Under the pieces are notes generated by a model that saw only the letters and a program-made list of their open reading frames with translations, made no database searches and was not told the DNA's origin. From NCBI RefSeq assembly GCF_036321535.1, contig NC_087436.1:100132001-100196000 (forward strand): a stretch of DNA of 64,000 nt, in the 5' to 3' direction. Position 1 is the stretch's first letter. Each line of letters opens with the position of its first letter. This document shows, piece after piece, positions 1 through 14,335 of the stretch. The position numbers were made by a program, and so were the translations under genes. Origin of the DNA: Camelus dromedarius (taxonomy: Eukaryota).

Positions 1-1237
1 TTTCAGTCTTGACATTAAGTTATTTCAGTAGAAGAGGACAAATGGAAAGGAGCTTTTGAAGAAGGAAAAAGCCTACAGAAAACTTGAAAGGATGAAATTT
101 GAGTCTCTGGAAATTACTTTGGGTAAAGAACTGAAATCTTGTAAACCACAGGACTGTGTATTGTTTCCTCCAATATACAGTCACCCCCAGCAAATATCAG
201 CAGGTCACTGTGGGAAAGTTCGGAGGAAATTAACAGTGCATATCCGAGGCCATGTTGCAATGCTGTTTCTCGAAAAGACTCAGGTTCCCCCAGGTCAAGG
301 CACTCCAAATCTGAATTGATTTAAACCTGGGAACCATGAATCTCCACTACAGTGAGTTGAGTAAGGTCGCTGCCCACTTGCTGTAAATATATTTTGCTAT
401 TATACATCAAGCAGTATATTAGCAGCTGATGGTCTATTTTATTTCCAGCGGTCCTGTGGTGAATCGGCCAACACCATAGGTACCTGTAGGCACACTGATC
501 ATCACTTCTTTTTTAAAACTTTATGTGATTATTCCTGCCTTATCTCTGGTGGTTAAGAGCTGTCACTTGCTTTTACTACTTTATTATATCCTTACTTTTA
601 GTGAAATCAGGAAATTCAGTTTTATTACAATATCACCACAATCATCCCTGGTCCACTGAAGACAGCTGCCACTGAATATTTCAAGGATGCTTATAGCTCG
701 CTCATCAAAGCACTTCTCAATATCGTCTAGGCAGCAGCCTCTAATTCTTTTTGTTGGTAAAGAAAGGGAATGTCTTAACAAGTTGTGTGGAACATTTTCT
801 TTTCCCAGTGCTTTGAATTCTTTTCTAACAGCATGACTAAGGAAGATCTGGCATTTCTACCTCATTGACCACAAGCCATTAAAGAATCTAGGCTTCATTT
901 AGTACTTATGCCCCACCAACGCTAATACATTACATCTTGAATTTTAGGTTTGTGAAACCATGTCAATAATTTCAACCCAATACAGCATTATATTTCCCTT
1001 CTTGACTCAATACACTCCCATACATGCTTCACCAAGCCTAACTAATATAAATTTGGGAAGCTTTTACAATTAGCTGGTCCATGACTTCCAAAAGTAGATT
1101 ATAATTGCATGTCACAGGTTATCAGTGTTCCCTAGCAGGAAAGCTATGAGTGCATCCCTCAAATATATGAGCACTCCAACCCCAGAATCCCATTGAGAAC
1201 ATCTGTTTCCTGGAGGCCACTCCGAGGTACTGATTGC

Positions 1238-1850
1238 TGTGTCAATCAGTATCTCAGCAGGAAGCATTAAAACTGGATAATTCTAGGTGAGTATAATAAA
1301 GAAAATATTACAAAAGGATGAAGAGTCTATGAAAATAAGGGAAAATGCAATGTCTTGGACTAATATGGTAGCTTTCAGGTTGAAAAGATGGTCATGCTCA
1401 ATTCTTGCAGTTCTATGTGCATTACTACCCTTCCCACTGAGATGAAATGTATTTTACCTTCCCTCTATTTTAGGCTGGCGTATGGCTTGCTTTGACCAAG
1501 AAAATGTTGTCCAAGTGAGGCTGTGTTATTTTTGAGAGTAGCTCTGACTGTCTTGGAGCCCTGAGCCACCATGTAAAAAGACTGGCTACCCTCTTGGTGA
1601 CAGAGGCTCACCTGGGTCTCAGCCTTTCCTGCTACCCTAGCTGAAAACCCAGCTGAATTTTACTGCAGCCAGCGCCACATGGAGCAATGATAAATTGTCC
1701 CCAAATCCCTGACACAATTGACGGTCCATGCTCAAGGGAATGTTGTCCTGTTAAGTTACAAAGTGCTGGGTCTGTTTGTTCTTCATCAACATAGAACTGA
1801 AACAACTAGTAAGAGTGGGGCACAGTGACACCCTCAGAACTGAAGGACAT
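1238..1850 (-). mobile_element. ERVL LTR remnant (LTR33-like), split by an MLT1 insertion
   Basis: tgtgtcaatcagtatctcagcaggaagc...ggataattctaggtgagtataataaag resembles the reverse-complemented LTR33 end. Similarity resumes after 1805 (actagtaagagtgggg...ccctcagaactgaagg). Confidence 0.5.
1364..1804 (+). mobile_element. MaLR solo LTR (MLT1G/H-like)
   Basis: Carries ggcttgctttgaccaa, ctgagccaccatgtaa and gccacatggagca motifs and a 3' end gtttgtt...aactgaaaca. Flanked by a 5-bp TSD actaa/actag. Confidence 0.85.
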
Positions 1851-2129
1851 GCCTTGCGTATACGCTTCTAAGCTGATTGTAATTCTCGCTTCTTTTTGAA
1901 ATCTTACGCAGAAGTATCTACAAAACTTCAAGAACTCCAAATAACTTTTTGTCACCATCCTTATATCCTTTATATCCAACAGCTTGCATTGGGCCTCTTC
2001 TAACCCATCTTTTCCCCCCAGTTATGTTGTTAATCTTTGATGTGGGAGATCACTTTTTGTTTGACTCCTGATATTGCTATGCCCTTTGGAAAATGTCTCC
2101 CGGAAATAAAGTAGGCATTAAGATAGAGA

Positions 2130-2290
2130 AGACTTTGCACAAGAATACATGACAAGGATGTTCATCAAAGAGTAGTCAAAATATTGTTAGACATGACTTT
2201 AAATTCCATCAATAAAGTTTTAATTAAAGTCAGTACACTTATATATTCAGTGACCAATAACAGTTAAAGGGTAACTACTACGTTTATGAA
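2130..2290 (+). mobile_element. Old L1 (L1ME-like) 3' fragment
   Basis: acaaggatgttcat...tccatcaata resembles the L1M 3' region; heavily diverged. Confidence 0.45.
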
Positions 2291-2547
2291 AACTAGTATT
2301 TCTTTTTCTACTACTTAATAATTGTAAGCTACTTTACCAAAGAATAATATGCCTTTTTTATGTATATCACTGTTGAAGACACTGTTCTAAGACATTTACA
2401 TAGGATTCATAGATTTTACTGAATCACTATCGGCCATGATCACTATGCATCATATTGTAATGAAATATAGTTTCCATACTGTTATTTTGACCCTTAGTAC
2501 AATAGCACCCTTAATATGATGAATAAATACCCAATTTGGCACAATAA

Positions 2548-2790
2548 AGATAATCATTACTAATCATAGTACTTACTATGCACCAGGCACTTTTCTAAGA
2601 GCTTAACTGCTTTAACTCATTTAATCCTCGTAGAAGTCCAATGAGTAATATTATTATCTTCATTTTACTAATGAGGACACTAAGGAACAGAGAGATAATA
2701 TAAATTTCTACATAGGTTAATTGACTACAGAACCAATAGAAAGGAATAAGATATTTTCCCATAAGGTTCCAACGGCTATGTGAACACACT
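2548..2790 (-). mobile_element. MIR SINE
   Basis: cttactatgcaccaggcact...ctcatttaatcctc...cattttactaatgaggacact is the reverse MIR core. Confidence 0.85.
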
Positions 2791-3811
2791 TTGAAGTATG
2801 AGATCTAAATCGCTCTGTTTTGTTTTGAATGTTATCATTGAGTTATTATAAAACAAGCTGCCAAAGAAGCTCAGTGATATTCATCCTCTTCTCTTCTTTT
2901 TGGTTTTCTGTATCATTTCTTCCATTCCACTTAGAATATGCTATATACTCACAGAAAGTGTAGAAAGACAGCTCAAGTCTCTTAAAATTTTCTACAAACA
3001 TGTTAACCAATTGCATTGTAACCAATTGACAGCCAACTCTTACATGTAACCATACACAAACTTTTCAGTAACTCTGGCAAGATTAAAATAATTCACACCT
3101 CTTTTTAATATTTAGATAGATTGAACTTGAAATGATCATGCTCAATTAATGCAGAAAATCTTCTAGCAGAGACACAAGCCAAGAAGTGGTATATGTTTAA
3201 CTGGGGAAGAAACTGTGGAGGTGGGTTATGCTCCTATTTAAAAGGCTACAGACCATATTATGGTTTCCACCATACCCCATTAAAATGCAATACACTGAGC
3301 TATTTAGGATCGAATTTTCCTATACATGGCTAATTAAGTCAAAATTCAATGCAGAATACCATGGTGACATAAAACAAATTTAAAACTGTCTTATTTATCT
3401 TTCTAAAATAAATTGAGTCACGTAACAACAGGTGTTATTTTTCTAATGTGAACATATTTATGGAATCTTGACACAGGTACAGTTTTATATTACCTGTAAA
3501 TGCTGGTAAGTATTATTTGTTATTTTCATGTGAAGAGAGAAGGAAAACCTTCCAATTCCAGTACATTAAAAATGTGGATGTTCCATAACAAACAACCTTG
3601 TGTACATAAATTATCTATCATAACATTATTAACAACGAGGTAATTATCACCCTCAGAATTAACACACTCCATTCAATTGAGTGGAGAAGATGTCTAATTA
3701 TGATAAGCTGGGATGATTTCCATTTGGAGGCAAGATTATCAATGAATAGCAACCAAAATTTTTCATCTTTGAAAAATGTAAAGGAATTTTAAAAATTGTG
3801 TCCAAATGTGT

Positions 3812-3836
3812 TATATACATATATATATATATATAT
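3812..3836. repeat. (TA)n microsatellite
   Basis: Seen directly. Confidence 0.9.
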
Positions 3837-4449
3837 GGGAATGATTTTTGTGAGTTCTTGAATGGCTTCTGCTCCCAAATCTCTCTGAAACTCCCAGTGT
3901 GAGTTCACTGAATGATGTATATTGCAGCCAATTCTACTGCAGAATCTGAGGCCAATTTTCTCCTTAGGTAGCTAGGCAATCCAGTCCAGTACAAAATTTG
4001 TTGTTCTTCAAATTCTGTTCTGTTGCCTAAACCATGCTTCTACTTGGCCTCCTAACTCTCTTATGACTAAAATCCCACCTGTGTATTTTATTCCCCTGGT
4101 ATCAGTAGACTTTATTCAAATACCCATTACATGGATTCCCACCCAAATCTAGGTAATATGCTGGAAAAAATATACTACTGATATGGTTATAAAAATCAAC
4201 ATGAAACCCTTACGTGAATCCCTATTTATAGCTCTTGTGTTTGACTCAAATGAACATGTAAAGCTTTCCTCTGTACTCGAATAAAGAACTTCAGCCAGAA
4301 TAGAGTTAAGCAATGGAATTAGGGATCAGAATTACAGAGCCAAGAAACTGATGAAGACTTACTTAAATAGACCAAAAAATATGTAAAGAAAATGAAAAGA
4401 TTCCACATGTGTTAGTTTGGCAAGTGAAAATATTTCAGGATGGTAGCCA

Positions 4450-4680
4450 GGTGGACAGACTATAAATCATGGATGTTCTTTTTATTAGTTGTGTGTCTTT
4501 GTGCCAGTCTATTATACTTTCTGAAAATTGGTTTCCTTTTTCTAAAATGTGCAAACTAATACTTACAGGATTATTATATAGGTATAATACAACATCCATC
4601 TTTAATCAAGTCTATGTTAAAGTCTATACAGAGCAGAGACATTCAATAAATTATTATTATTACTGTTATTATTGTCTTAA
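4450..4680 (+). mobile_element. MIR SINE (diverged)
   Basis: tagttgtgtgtctttg...gtttcctttttctaaaatg...cattcaataaattattattatt. Confidence 0.6.
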
Positions 4681-4809
4681 ATATCAATAACTACATAAAA
4701 ACATAATTTTATTATTATAAACTGATGACTGTAGATTATAATAATACTAATAATACCTGGGTCTCTATTTCAAATATTTTCAGCAACATATAATTAAGGA
4801 AATGCTTAT

Positions 4810-5110
4810 CTATTAATAAAATTATAAATATTGACTATCTATATGTCATAGGCATTAAGTTTTGAGTTATCCAGAAGAATTTGTCTTTAATATCATAGAG
4901 AGTTCATTCTGATAAGGGTAACCATAAATACATAGTAATACAATCAATAAGTAAAAAGTGAATAGATAAGAAAATACTGGAAAGCAGTAAGAGTGACTGA
5001 GTGTCTAGTGGAGTGGTTAAAAAAAGACTATACAAAGAAATGACAATATGAACTAATGCTCGCGTGATGAAAAAGATCAAGTTAGGCAAGTCTTTTGATT
5101 CTGGAAACAT
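4810..5110 (-). mobile_element. L2 3' fragment
   Basis: tatgtcataggcatt...agagttcattctgataaggg resembles the reverse L2 3' end. Confidence 0.45.
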
Positions 5111-5339
5111 AGGTCTCTCAAAACACTCTCTAAAATATTCCCCAACTTGTTTAGATTTGAATATTTAAGACAAACATACAGTGGGCTTAGATTTATTAAT
5201 TATTAGCAGTGGTAGGTAGTGAACATAGTCTCATTATTGATACTAGACTTATTTATAATTGATATTCAGTCTTTCATTCTGCTAATATTTAGAAAACATT
5301 TATTGAACATTCAACTTACATTTGTTGTTTAATATCAAA

Positions 5340-5560
5340 GGGAGGAGGCATAGTGTCTAGAAATTTCACAGCTACAGCTGACTTCCTACATTTTTTACAT
5401 AGACTCCTGTGATTAGATACGTTGTTTAAAATCTTTATCTCTTCATCATTGAAAATATTATGATAATAGTGTGTATATTGCAGACTTTTGAAAATTATAT
5501 GAAATGATGTATAGAATCAATTCCCATAACTTGGCATATACCAATGGATTTATTTTAACT
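5340..5560 (+). mobile_element. MIR SINE (diverged)
   Basis: ggcatagtg...cttcatcattgaaaat..ataatag...aaatgatgtat...tggcatata. Confidence 0.55.
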
Positions 5561-7867
5561 AACATGGTTTAAGAAGGTGAGGAAAACAAGCTAGACTACC
5601 CTTTTTTTTTTCAGGGTATGAGAGGTACTATGATAAAGGCATGTCATACCATGAATTATATAGAAGGAGCCTTAACTATTACTGAAGGGGTCAAAGGAAA
5701 ATGCCTATGAGAGATTTTAGGTATCAGTGAATGGGGATGATATTCACACTGCTCACAAGCATGGTGTTCAGAAAACTGTTGGAAAGAAGATGCTACTTAC
5801 TAAAGTAAACCATGGTGCTTGTGCAGGGAATTTTTCTACCCAGATTAATCACATATACCCTGTTTGAAACTATCAGTCACTAAAATTGGAGGGAAATGAT
5901 GAAATATGGACACAATATATGTGGTTCACTCTAATGTTTCCTTCTGTGCAAGACAATTTATAAAGTTCATTACTTTCCAAAGCAAAGGGAGAAACGGACA
6001 ACTGTAATTAATCCATGTTATTGTACAGACAAAATTCTCACTTGTTTCACTTCTAGATAAAGGTTAAAGCAACATATTGAAAGGCCTGAACTTAAAGGAG
6101 AAGAATTTAAAAATATATCTACATTCAGTGTTTTGAAGAAAAAATTATCTTGTGCCTTGTAGTAAATAATATAATCAAAATCCAGATGGAAGCCAATCAA
6201 GAATCTTCTTGGATCAAATGAGTTATCCAAAGAATGGACACAGTGTGGCCATCCTGTAGGGGGAATAAATGCTATGAACTCTTCTTTTGCCATAATTCTT
6301 AAAGTTAATTAAAACAACCTACGTCAAGTAACTCCATTGTTCTAGCCCTAGAACTGATCCAAAATTAATGGAAACATTTCTATTCCATCATATGTGGACT
6401 CATATTTATAGCTTTTTATTGAGGAAATCGTTCTTAACCTAAGCAAGGGCATTCCGATGTGCTAACTAAGTTGGTTTTACAGCTAATCGGCTCTAATCCG
6501 GCTCTGATTTTGATATCCTAGTACCTTATTTGCTGTATTTCAACCTTATAGCATAGTTTCAAAGCACTGGGTTCTTCTCATACAACTCCTCTCCTTTGTT
6601 GCATGAGTAACATATCTAAGAACTTGAGTGTCCTCTGAATAAAGCTCCGCTGTCAAACTGAATGCTGCTAATAGCTGCTCCACAAACCACTTACCCTCTG
6701 TCTTCTTGTGTGAAGTTCTTCATCTTATACTTGGTTTGGACCATTTAACTAATGTACTCATTTTTATGTGGTGAATGCCTACCATTTTCTACTGACTGTA
6801 ACACCATGTCTTTCCTATCTGGACTGAGATTCCACTCTTGAACCTACATTTAGGCTCAAACCTATGTTCTCATTATTCAAATAACTACCACAGGGTTTGT
6901 TTCTTAGGGAACTCTAACATTTTTGAAATGGGGAAACACAAGCAAACAACCCACAATCAAGTCTCATGGTTATAAAACATATGATTTGATTTATACCATA
7001 ATAAGAGTATTGGAATTCATATTTTCATATAAAGGGAATATTTTATTCTACGTTTCACATTCTCTAAGTGCTGTTCTGGTTCTTTTTAATTTCAACCACT
7101 GAGTTAATAGGGCTCAAAGGAAAACAAAATGGATTTATCCATCACTGAACACAATTAATTGTATATTGGCCTCTTTAGGAATGGAGTTAGATAAAATGAC
7201 TTAATCACATTTTTTTAGGGGAAAATTATAAATAATTAACTACTCTGACTATGACTCCAATAAACGAAAGTGAAATTCAGCACACCCAAGCAAATGACAA
7301 TCAGATAAGGGAATTACTCACAAGGAATATTCCATTATTGTAACTGATTCTGCCCCATATAGCAATACCTACCAGTTGAGGTTACTACGTTTTAACACAA
7401 AACTATACACAATATACCTGAAAATCAGGTTGAGCTATATAGTTACACACATAGCTAAACATATTACAATACCTGTATTATGTATTAATATCTCTACTTT
7501 CCATTCTTACACACCTCAGAAAACTTAAAAATGAATATGAAATCCACATTGCAATCAAATCACTGAAATTAAAGTTTTTACTTCTGAATTCACTGCAGAA
7601 TGTATGTTGGACATAGCCAGGGAGAATTACTTGTGCAAAGGTTTATCAAGTATACCTAATTATTTTTGGTACAGTTGCCTCAACCTGAAAGCCCAGAGAC
7701 CCATATTCTAGGAGGATGCGTATTTATCGGTACTACACAGGATAGGTAAAATTTCCTGTCTGATGAAGCATTTGCTTCAAATAGCAAGTCTGTTTGTGAC
7801 AAGTACATTTACAACTTTGATGAGTGTGTCATACAGTGAAACACCCAACCAAAACAACTCAACAGAT

Positions 7868-8272
7868 TGTATGAGTTTGCTAAGGTAGAGGGTGGGGTGG
7901 GCTATAACAAAATGCTATGGTCTATGTGGCTTAAATTGCATACGTTTCTTTTTTTTTCAGAGTTCTGGAAGCTGAAGTCAAAGATCAAGATGCCAGCAAG
8001 GTTGGTTTCCAAGGTCTCTCTCCTTGCCTTGCAAATGGCTGCTCTCTTGCTGCCTCTTCATATGGCCAACCCTCTGTACATGCATGTCCCTGGTATCTCT
8101 TCTTCTTCTTATACGGACATCAGTCATGTTGAATTAGGGTCCCACCCTAAGGGCTTCTTTTTAACATAATCACACCTTTATAGACCTTATCTCCAACCTG
8201 CTTACATTCTAAAGTACTAGGGGTTGGCCCTTCAACATATGAATTTTAGAGGGACACCACTTAACCATAGCA
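7868..8272 (-). mobile_element. MaLR solo LTR (MLT1B/C-like)
   Basis: TG...CA ends; gttctggaagctgaagtcaaagatcaag, ttagggtcccacccta and ttcaacatatgaatttt motifs; TSD cagat/caaat. Confidence 0.9.
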
Positions 8273-8339
8273 CAAATAAAACAAAAGAAGACCAAAAAAA
8301 AGCTTGCTTCTCAAATAAATCCTTAAATTTGCCCTTCAA

Positions 8340-8865
8340 TTTATTAAATTTCATCTGCAAAACTACATTTCCCAGAACCCCTTGTAATTGGTTTCTAGCT
8401 GTTAGATACATGATACTAATTCAATGTAGTCATGTGAGATCTGTGTGGTGATGGCTCTCTTCCTACAGGCTTTGGTTGTTTTCTTCTTGTTTGAAAGTTC
8501 ACACATATGGTGGGTCTTCTTGGGGTATTTATTCTTCTAGTATTTATTCTACGTATTCCTGAATTCTTAACAAGAATTATATAATCTATATATTCCTGCT
8601 AAGAACTTTAAAGACCATATATCCAATTTTCTGACAATTGTACTGGCAATAATTTCTTGTTCCTGACCAAACTCTAGAATTGACTTCAAATGGAGCATCA
8701 CCTGTAATGCATCAATTTTAGAATGTTGTGGAAATAATTCCAAGTTATCAATCTAGAATTTATTCTTCAGCCCTTTCTATTTTCTCAGAGGCACCCAATT
8801 CCTGTATTAAAATTCTTCTTGCTTAAGATGCTTAGAGTGGTTTTTATTTCCTGCACTGAGTTCTC
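8340..8865 (+). mobile_element. ERVL LTR (LTR33/LTR16-like)
   Basis: ctacatttcccagaacccctt near the start; ctgtattaaaattcttcttgcttaagatgcttagagtggttt at the 3' end. Confidence 0.6.
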
Positions 8866-8949
8866 TTCCATATTTATTTTGGCTTGCATTTATCCCTTCA
8901 ACAATATTTAGATTAGACATTATTCTCTCTATTTACTTTTAATATCCCA

Positions 8950-9930
8950 ACTGCAAGATCATAGCTATAGCAATTTATCTGGGATAAATAATTCCTCTAG
9001 TTATTTATAAGCTCCCATCCTGGAAACAAATGGACACTGCTGGGATGGGATTCTCCTGACCTCCGTCAACTGAAGTGTCAGTATCTAAAGGGAGTGTGGG
9101 GTAAAACCCCTTTTTTGTAAGAAGAATTGAAACAAGAATGTAAAGAATTTCTTCCACAATGTGTTGACAACTCAGATGGATGGTATACCACGGGGTGAGA
9201 AAGGAAAGAAGAGAGAAAGCAGTTCTTGTGCTCTGAGTCTCCCCCTACCCTTTGGGGAAAAGAAATGATTATGCTACAGTCTAATGTCAAATCTACTGAA
9301 AGAGGGTTTCATGAAGAGCACCTAGCAAGTTTTAAAACAGTTCCCTTTTGATGAGAGAAACTGAGAACTGGAGTCTTGCTTGCACTGGTGAATAGTAAAG
9401 TGAGCTGTGGCTGAAGGTCTGAATCCCACCACTGAAATACAGAGAGTAGGAAATGGTGACTTACTGCATCCGTGACTGTGAACAGAGAATAGCAGAGAGA
9501 ACAGAGTGTTCTCTCAGACTTTGAGCAAACTATGCATGCATCTGTGTACCCATGGGCCAGATGCAGGTCTTTTGCTTTATAGAAAGACAGTGTGTATTGC
9601 CATCTTGTGACCTAGAGGGGCAAGGAAATATGAACAGAAAGAGGCCAGAGATGTACCATTAGATGCCCAAGGCTAAAGAAGGATTCGTGAATCATCACTT
9701 GGAATAGAAATTTTTCCATGTAAGTTCAAGACAATTGTAGTAGAGAAAGTTAGGCAGGAGCCCTTGGTAGAGCCAGGGTAAGGCAGAAACTTACAGAAGC
9801 TTCCTGGGGAGAAAGGGTTATACATATAAGCAACTGTTAGATTCCAAAACAGCAAAGACAGCTTAGGGAATTTCCTATTTAAGTAAGAACTGTCCTGCCT
9901 CCATTCTTCTCTGCCCAGCTGTAGGTTTGT
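8950..9930. mobile_element. Possible ancient LTR remnant (family not determined)
   Basis: Purine-rich, higher-GC block next to other LTRs; general LTR-like character only. Confidence 0.25.
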
Positions 9931-10209
9931 GGAATTTGGAATTTTGTTTATAACATGGAACTGGACATTCTATTTTCTGAATCAAGACTTGTGCTTGTTT
10001 CTAAAACTATATTTAGGACAGTATATTTCTTAAGAGCAAACAGTAAAGTCTTGGGTCTAGATAAAGTTGTTGTGCAAAAACAAGGAAAGCTAATTCCCTG
10101 AATAATATTTAAGTACAGGGGAGTAGGGAAAAAAAAATCTGGTATTTTTATTACTTTATGAATTATATATACAGACATATTGAATACACAAAACCAACCA
10201 TAACATGGA

Positions 10210-11325
10210 TAATTCACTTCCTACCAGTTATTTCTCTGTTTTCTACTTCCTGTTTGTAGACAAACTTATTCAAGAAGCTGTTTGCTTGTATTTCTCTAGT
10301 ATCTTAGTTAATTCTTCAACATATGATCTTGGTCCCTTACCCACAATTTCCATTGAATGCTATTTCCAAAATGACCTATAGGCTCAACGCTCCCAAATAT
10401 GATGAACACACTTATTTATACACCTAACTCAGTCATTTAACCACAATTGATGCAGATAGTTATTCTCTTATTCCTGACAAATTTTCTTAGTTCTCTTTAT
10501 TTCAGAGGCCATTCCTTAATCATCTTTATTATTCAAATTTTGAATGTCATTAGTGATTGTGTATGTTTCAGGGGAGTGATTTAGAGGAGGGTGACTGCTA
10601 GTAGGTACAGGGTTTCTTTTTGAGGTAATGAACATATTGTAAAATTAAATTACTTTGATACTTTTATAACTCATGAATAAAATAAAAAACATTGAATTGT
10701 ACTCTTTAAACAGTTTCATGTTATGTGAGTTGTATCACAAGAAAGCTGTTTTTAAAAATAAATATATATATAATAAAGAAAATTTTAATTTGTTACCAAT
10801 ACATTAAAATAAATTCAAATTCTTACCTCCTTCTGAAATCTATACATGATCCTTTAGGACCTGTTCCTTGTTTGCTTCCCCTTTTCCATCTCTAGTTACC
10901 TAACCATCGCTCAGTTTCTCTAGCCACATCGGTCACTGTATGTCTCTGAAAATTGACCACCATTTGTGTATTTTTTCCATATTAATTTCTTTGCACAGCT
11001 TATGTTCTCTGTTCTCAAATATCTTTACTCAATATTACTGTTTCTTTGGTATTGTTCAAGTCCAGCGTGAATTTATCAACTCAGACAGGTTTTCTCTTAT
11101 AATCCCATCACAATCAGTTCATTCTGACTTTAGCTATCACAGCATTCCCTTCCTTATACTTCAGAGGATTGTTTAATTTTTTAATCTGTTTACTGTCGGT
11201 TTCCTTCCACTGGAATGTAAGCTTTATGAGCATAATCACCATGTGGTCTTCATTCACCTCTGCATCCAGTGTCTAGTGTGATATCTGACATGAAATAGTT
11301 ACAATGATTGTTACATAAATAAAAA
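10210..11325 (+). mobile_element. L2 element, interrupted by an L1 3' end
   Basis: Pyrimidine-rich L2 ORF2-like remnant at 10210-10520; L2 3' end ccactggaatgtaagctttatgag...tctagtgtgatatctgacat. Confidence 0.75.
10548..10765 (+). mobile_element. L1MB-like 3' UTR end
   Basis: gtgactgctagtaggtacagggtttcttttgaggtaatgaa...cattgaattgtactctttaaa...aaagctgtttttaaaa. Confidence 0.85.
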
Positions 11326-12019
11326 GAAAACCACGTCTACTGTATTAGCTGTGCCCACCTAGCATGTAATTCGAATAGTGGAAAAAAAAATGCTGGGCTA
11401 AGTGTTAGAGTGAATAGTTATTCCACTATCAGGAGAGACTGGATAAATAAGTTTGGAAGAGGTTTTTGAATAGTTGTCATTTTTCTCCACTCCAAAATAA
11501 TGACCCTGTTACCTGATCCACCTACAATACAAGATAGATAGAAATTTCAAGTAAGATTTCTTAAACAGTCAGGCTTTTATAAATGATAAAATGATGCTAA
11601 AATAAGATTGATGTCACAACAGTATACTGAAGTACTGCAAAGCAATTTTAATAATTCCTCCTTTGTTATCAATGGATTTCCTTCCTCTCTCAGGAATTTC
11701 TTAGCCATAGATAACAATCTGGATCTCTTCTGTATTACTTACTTTAAAACTAAGGTTAGCATTTGCTGTGCCATTGATCTTCTTTTAAGCATACTATTAA
11801 CTTTCCAATAGATTATTATCTCCAACCATCCTAACTATTCACCATCAGAACCGAATTAAGTCTTTTGGAAAATTCGTATGTATAAAACAATGCAACAGTT
11901 ATTTTGATCATTCAGTTTTCTATCACAATTTTTATAAAGACTTTTTTTTTCTTTTAAACCTATAGTTTGAAATGTCTGAATGACAATGACAATAATATAC
12001 CCTTATTTCTATTTATCAT

Positions 12020-12190
12020 TATACAAAAGATGGTTTACAGAACACTTTCAAATATATTATGTTATAAGAATTTAACAATAACTTTTATTTTTGCTTTACA
12101 GATGATGATATTGATGACCAAGAATCTTAACATTTTTGCTTGGGTTCAGAGATAAAGTAAGCAGAGCGCACAGGATTTAATCCCTTCATT
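12020..12190 (-). mobile_element. MIR SINE
   Basis: gaacactttcaaatatattat...tttacagatga...ggatttaatccc. Confidence 0.55.
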
Positions 12191-14335
12191 TTTTAACTCA
12201 TAATCTTCTATGAAAGAGTTAAAACAGATCCCAACTTTCCTAGCTTCATCCCTTGACTCCTTTCTTTTCCTTTTTTTTCCTTTTGTTTCTCTTCTTTCGC
12301 CCCCTTTTTTTTGCTTCTAATCCCACTTGCCTGAAACTCTACTGACATCAGGTACTTTACTGACAACCAACAAGTCTTAGAAAGATGGTTCTCAAAGAAA
12401 CTATTCTGATAGCTGCCAAAATAAGATTGTACAAAGATTCTGAGTAAGAGATATGAAAAACAAATAATCTCCCAACTGTACCAACCACAAGTTTTGCAGC
12501 AGTTAGAGATAAAGAAAATAGCAACCTGGGAAAGGCCCCAATTCGCACAGCCTTCTCTTCCCTCACAGCTTACAGTTCCAGTCCTGCTTAGCTCTGTTGG
12601 CTCTGGGAGTTACCCAGGTTCAGGTTCTCTCTGAAGTGCACCAGCTGATCCAATCTATTTGTGTAATTTTACTGTTTTTTTCTTTCACCTTGACAATCCT
12701 TAAGGCAAAAAACATAGTTCATGTATTTTTGCATATCACTCGCACTCCCTCAGACCTAATCAAACGCCCTTGATCACAGTAGGCTCTCAATAAGGTCAGA
12801 TAGTTTTATGATCATTTTGCAGTTCAGTGAAACCAAGTCATAGTTCCAAAACTTGCATATTTTCCAAATAACATTAGAAACTAGATAGAATGAATGGTTA
12901 CTTTACATGCTCAATGTATTTTCCATATTTCTCTAGCTAATATCTAGTAACATTTTTAGCATCTGTGTGGTCTTGTATGACATTCTTTTGCTATTACCTC
13001 TCTCTGAGTTCAAGCATAGAAAGTCTTGACTTGAATTCCCACTTGAAAATCAACTACTGTTCTAAGAATATCCCTGAATGCTTCTGATATGGGTTATGTA
13101 TTGAAACCTCAACTACTTCATAAAAGTGTTCTTATTATGGTCAGATTATATAATGTATGCAAAAATCCCCTATTATTTTGTAAAACTCTGGGTTATCATA
13201 TATACCACAAAGAATGTGATGGAGTTGAAAATTTGACTTCAATAGATTATGAGAACAATGATACTCAGAGAAAAAGAAAAAGACCTAAAATGATTAGATA
13301 TTTATATTCTTAATTACTCCTAGTTTGGTATGGTAAAATTTAAGAATGTTAGCTGAAATTGAAAGCTTAACCCTGTAAGTGTTTTCCAGCACTTATGATT
13401 TATGAACCAGCACAGAATGCAATCATTTAAAGACTGCAGTTAATTCAGTTGGGTCCACTATCATATGGAAGCATTTTTATAACAAAGTATAAATATTCCT
13501 AAAGAAAATAGAAAAAGCTTTAGATTAGAAGGCTTAACCAAAGTAGTGATATGAAATAATTTTCCAAGGAGATCAGAATCCAGATTGTTGGAGAGATTAG
13601 AAAATAAAATATTTTAATAATTATAATGGATATTTGATACTTACGCAAAGTCCTTAAAATTCCTATTCAGTTGAATTTACGTAGTTTGCTCTCATATTGT
13701 GAATATACAAAAAATATCTATTTAGATGGAAAATTTATTTTCAATATAAAGATGTTCCCTGAAGCAAAATCTTTAGAAACATGTTATAAAAGTTTATGTC
13801 ATGCTTAAAAATATAAACACGTGTAAGATTTACTTTTAGATATATTTTTGAGATTTAAGTAACTCAAAACTTAAACTCATGATTAATTATATTTATAAGC
13901 ACAGTTGATAAAGTAAACATCATTTAAAACATACCGGTAGTTCTAATGCCCACTTAAAACAAACATCAGTATTAAAAATCTACAATTTTGATGTGATGGA
14001 ATAAACGGTATGCATTATGCTGCATCTGGTAACTATGTAAGCCCGAACAATCAAAGATTACAAACAAGGATCATAAATAACATATAGACAATCTAGAGCA
14101 CATTTTTTCTTAGTTTGTATTAATAACAATACCTCTTGTCAATTCACATAAATTAAATAAATCACCTAAACTACAGAGCCAGTGAGGAGCAGAGTTAGGA
14201 TTCCAGCACTGATTTGTATGTTGCAGGGTGTGAGGGTTAGTGAGAGGAAGCATTTTGGCTTCTGTTGGAAAGAAGGAAGAAATCTAAATATAAAAATTTT
14301 TTAGATGATTTGTTTAATAATATGAAATACAAGCA

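Noticed and set aside
7764..7779. Inverted repeat TGAAGCA-TT-TGCTTCA
   Set aside because: 7-bp arms are expected by chance in 64 kb.
7867..8169. 100-aa ORF (likewise 14405-14593 and 59997-60275)
   Set aside because: These lie within or start in LTR repeats.
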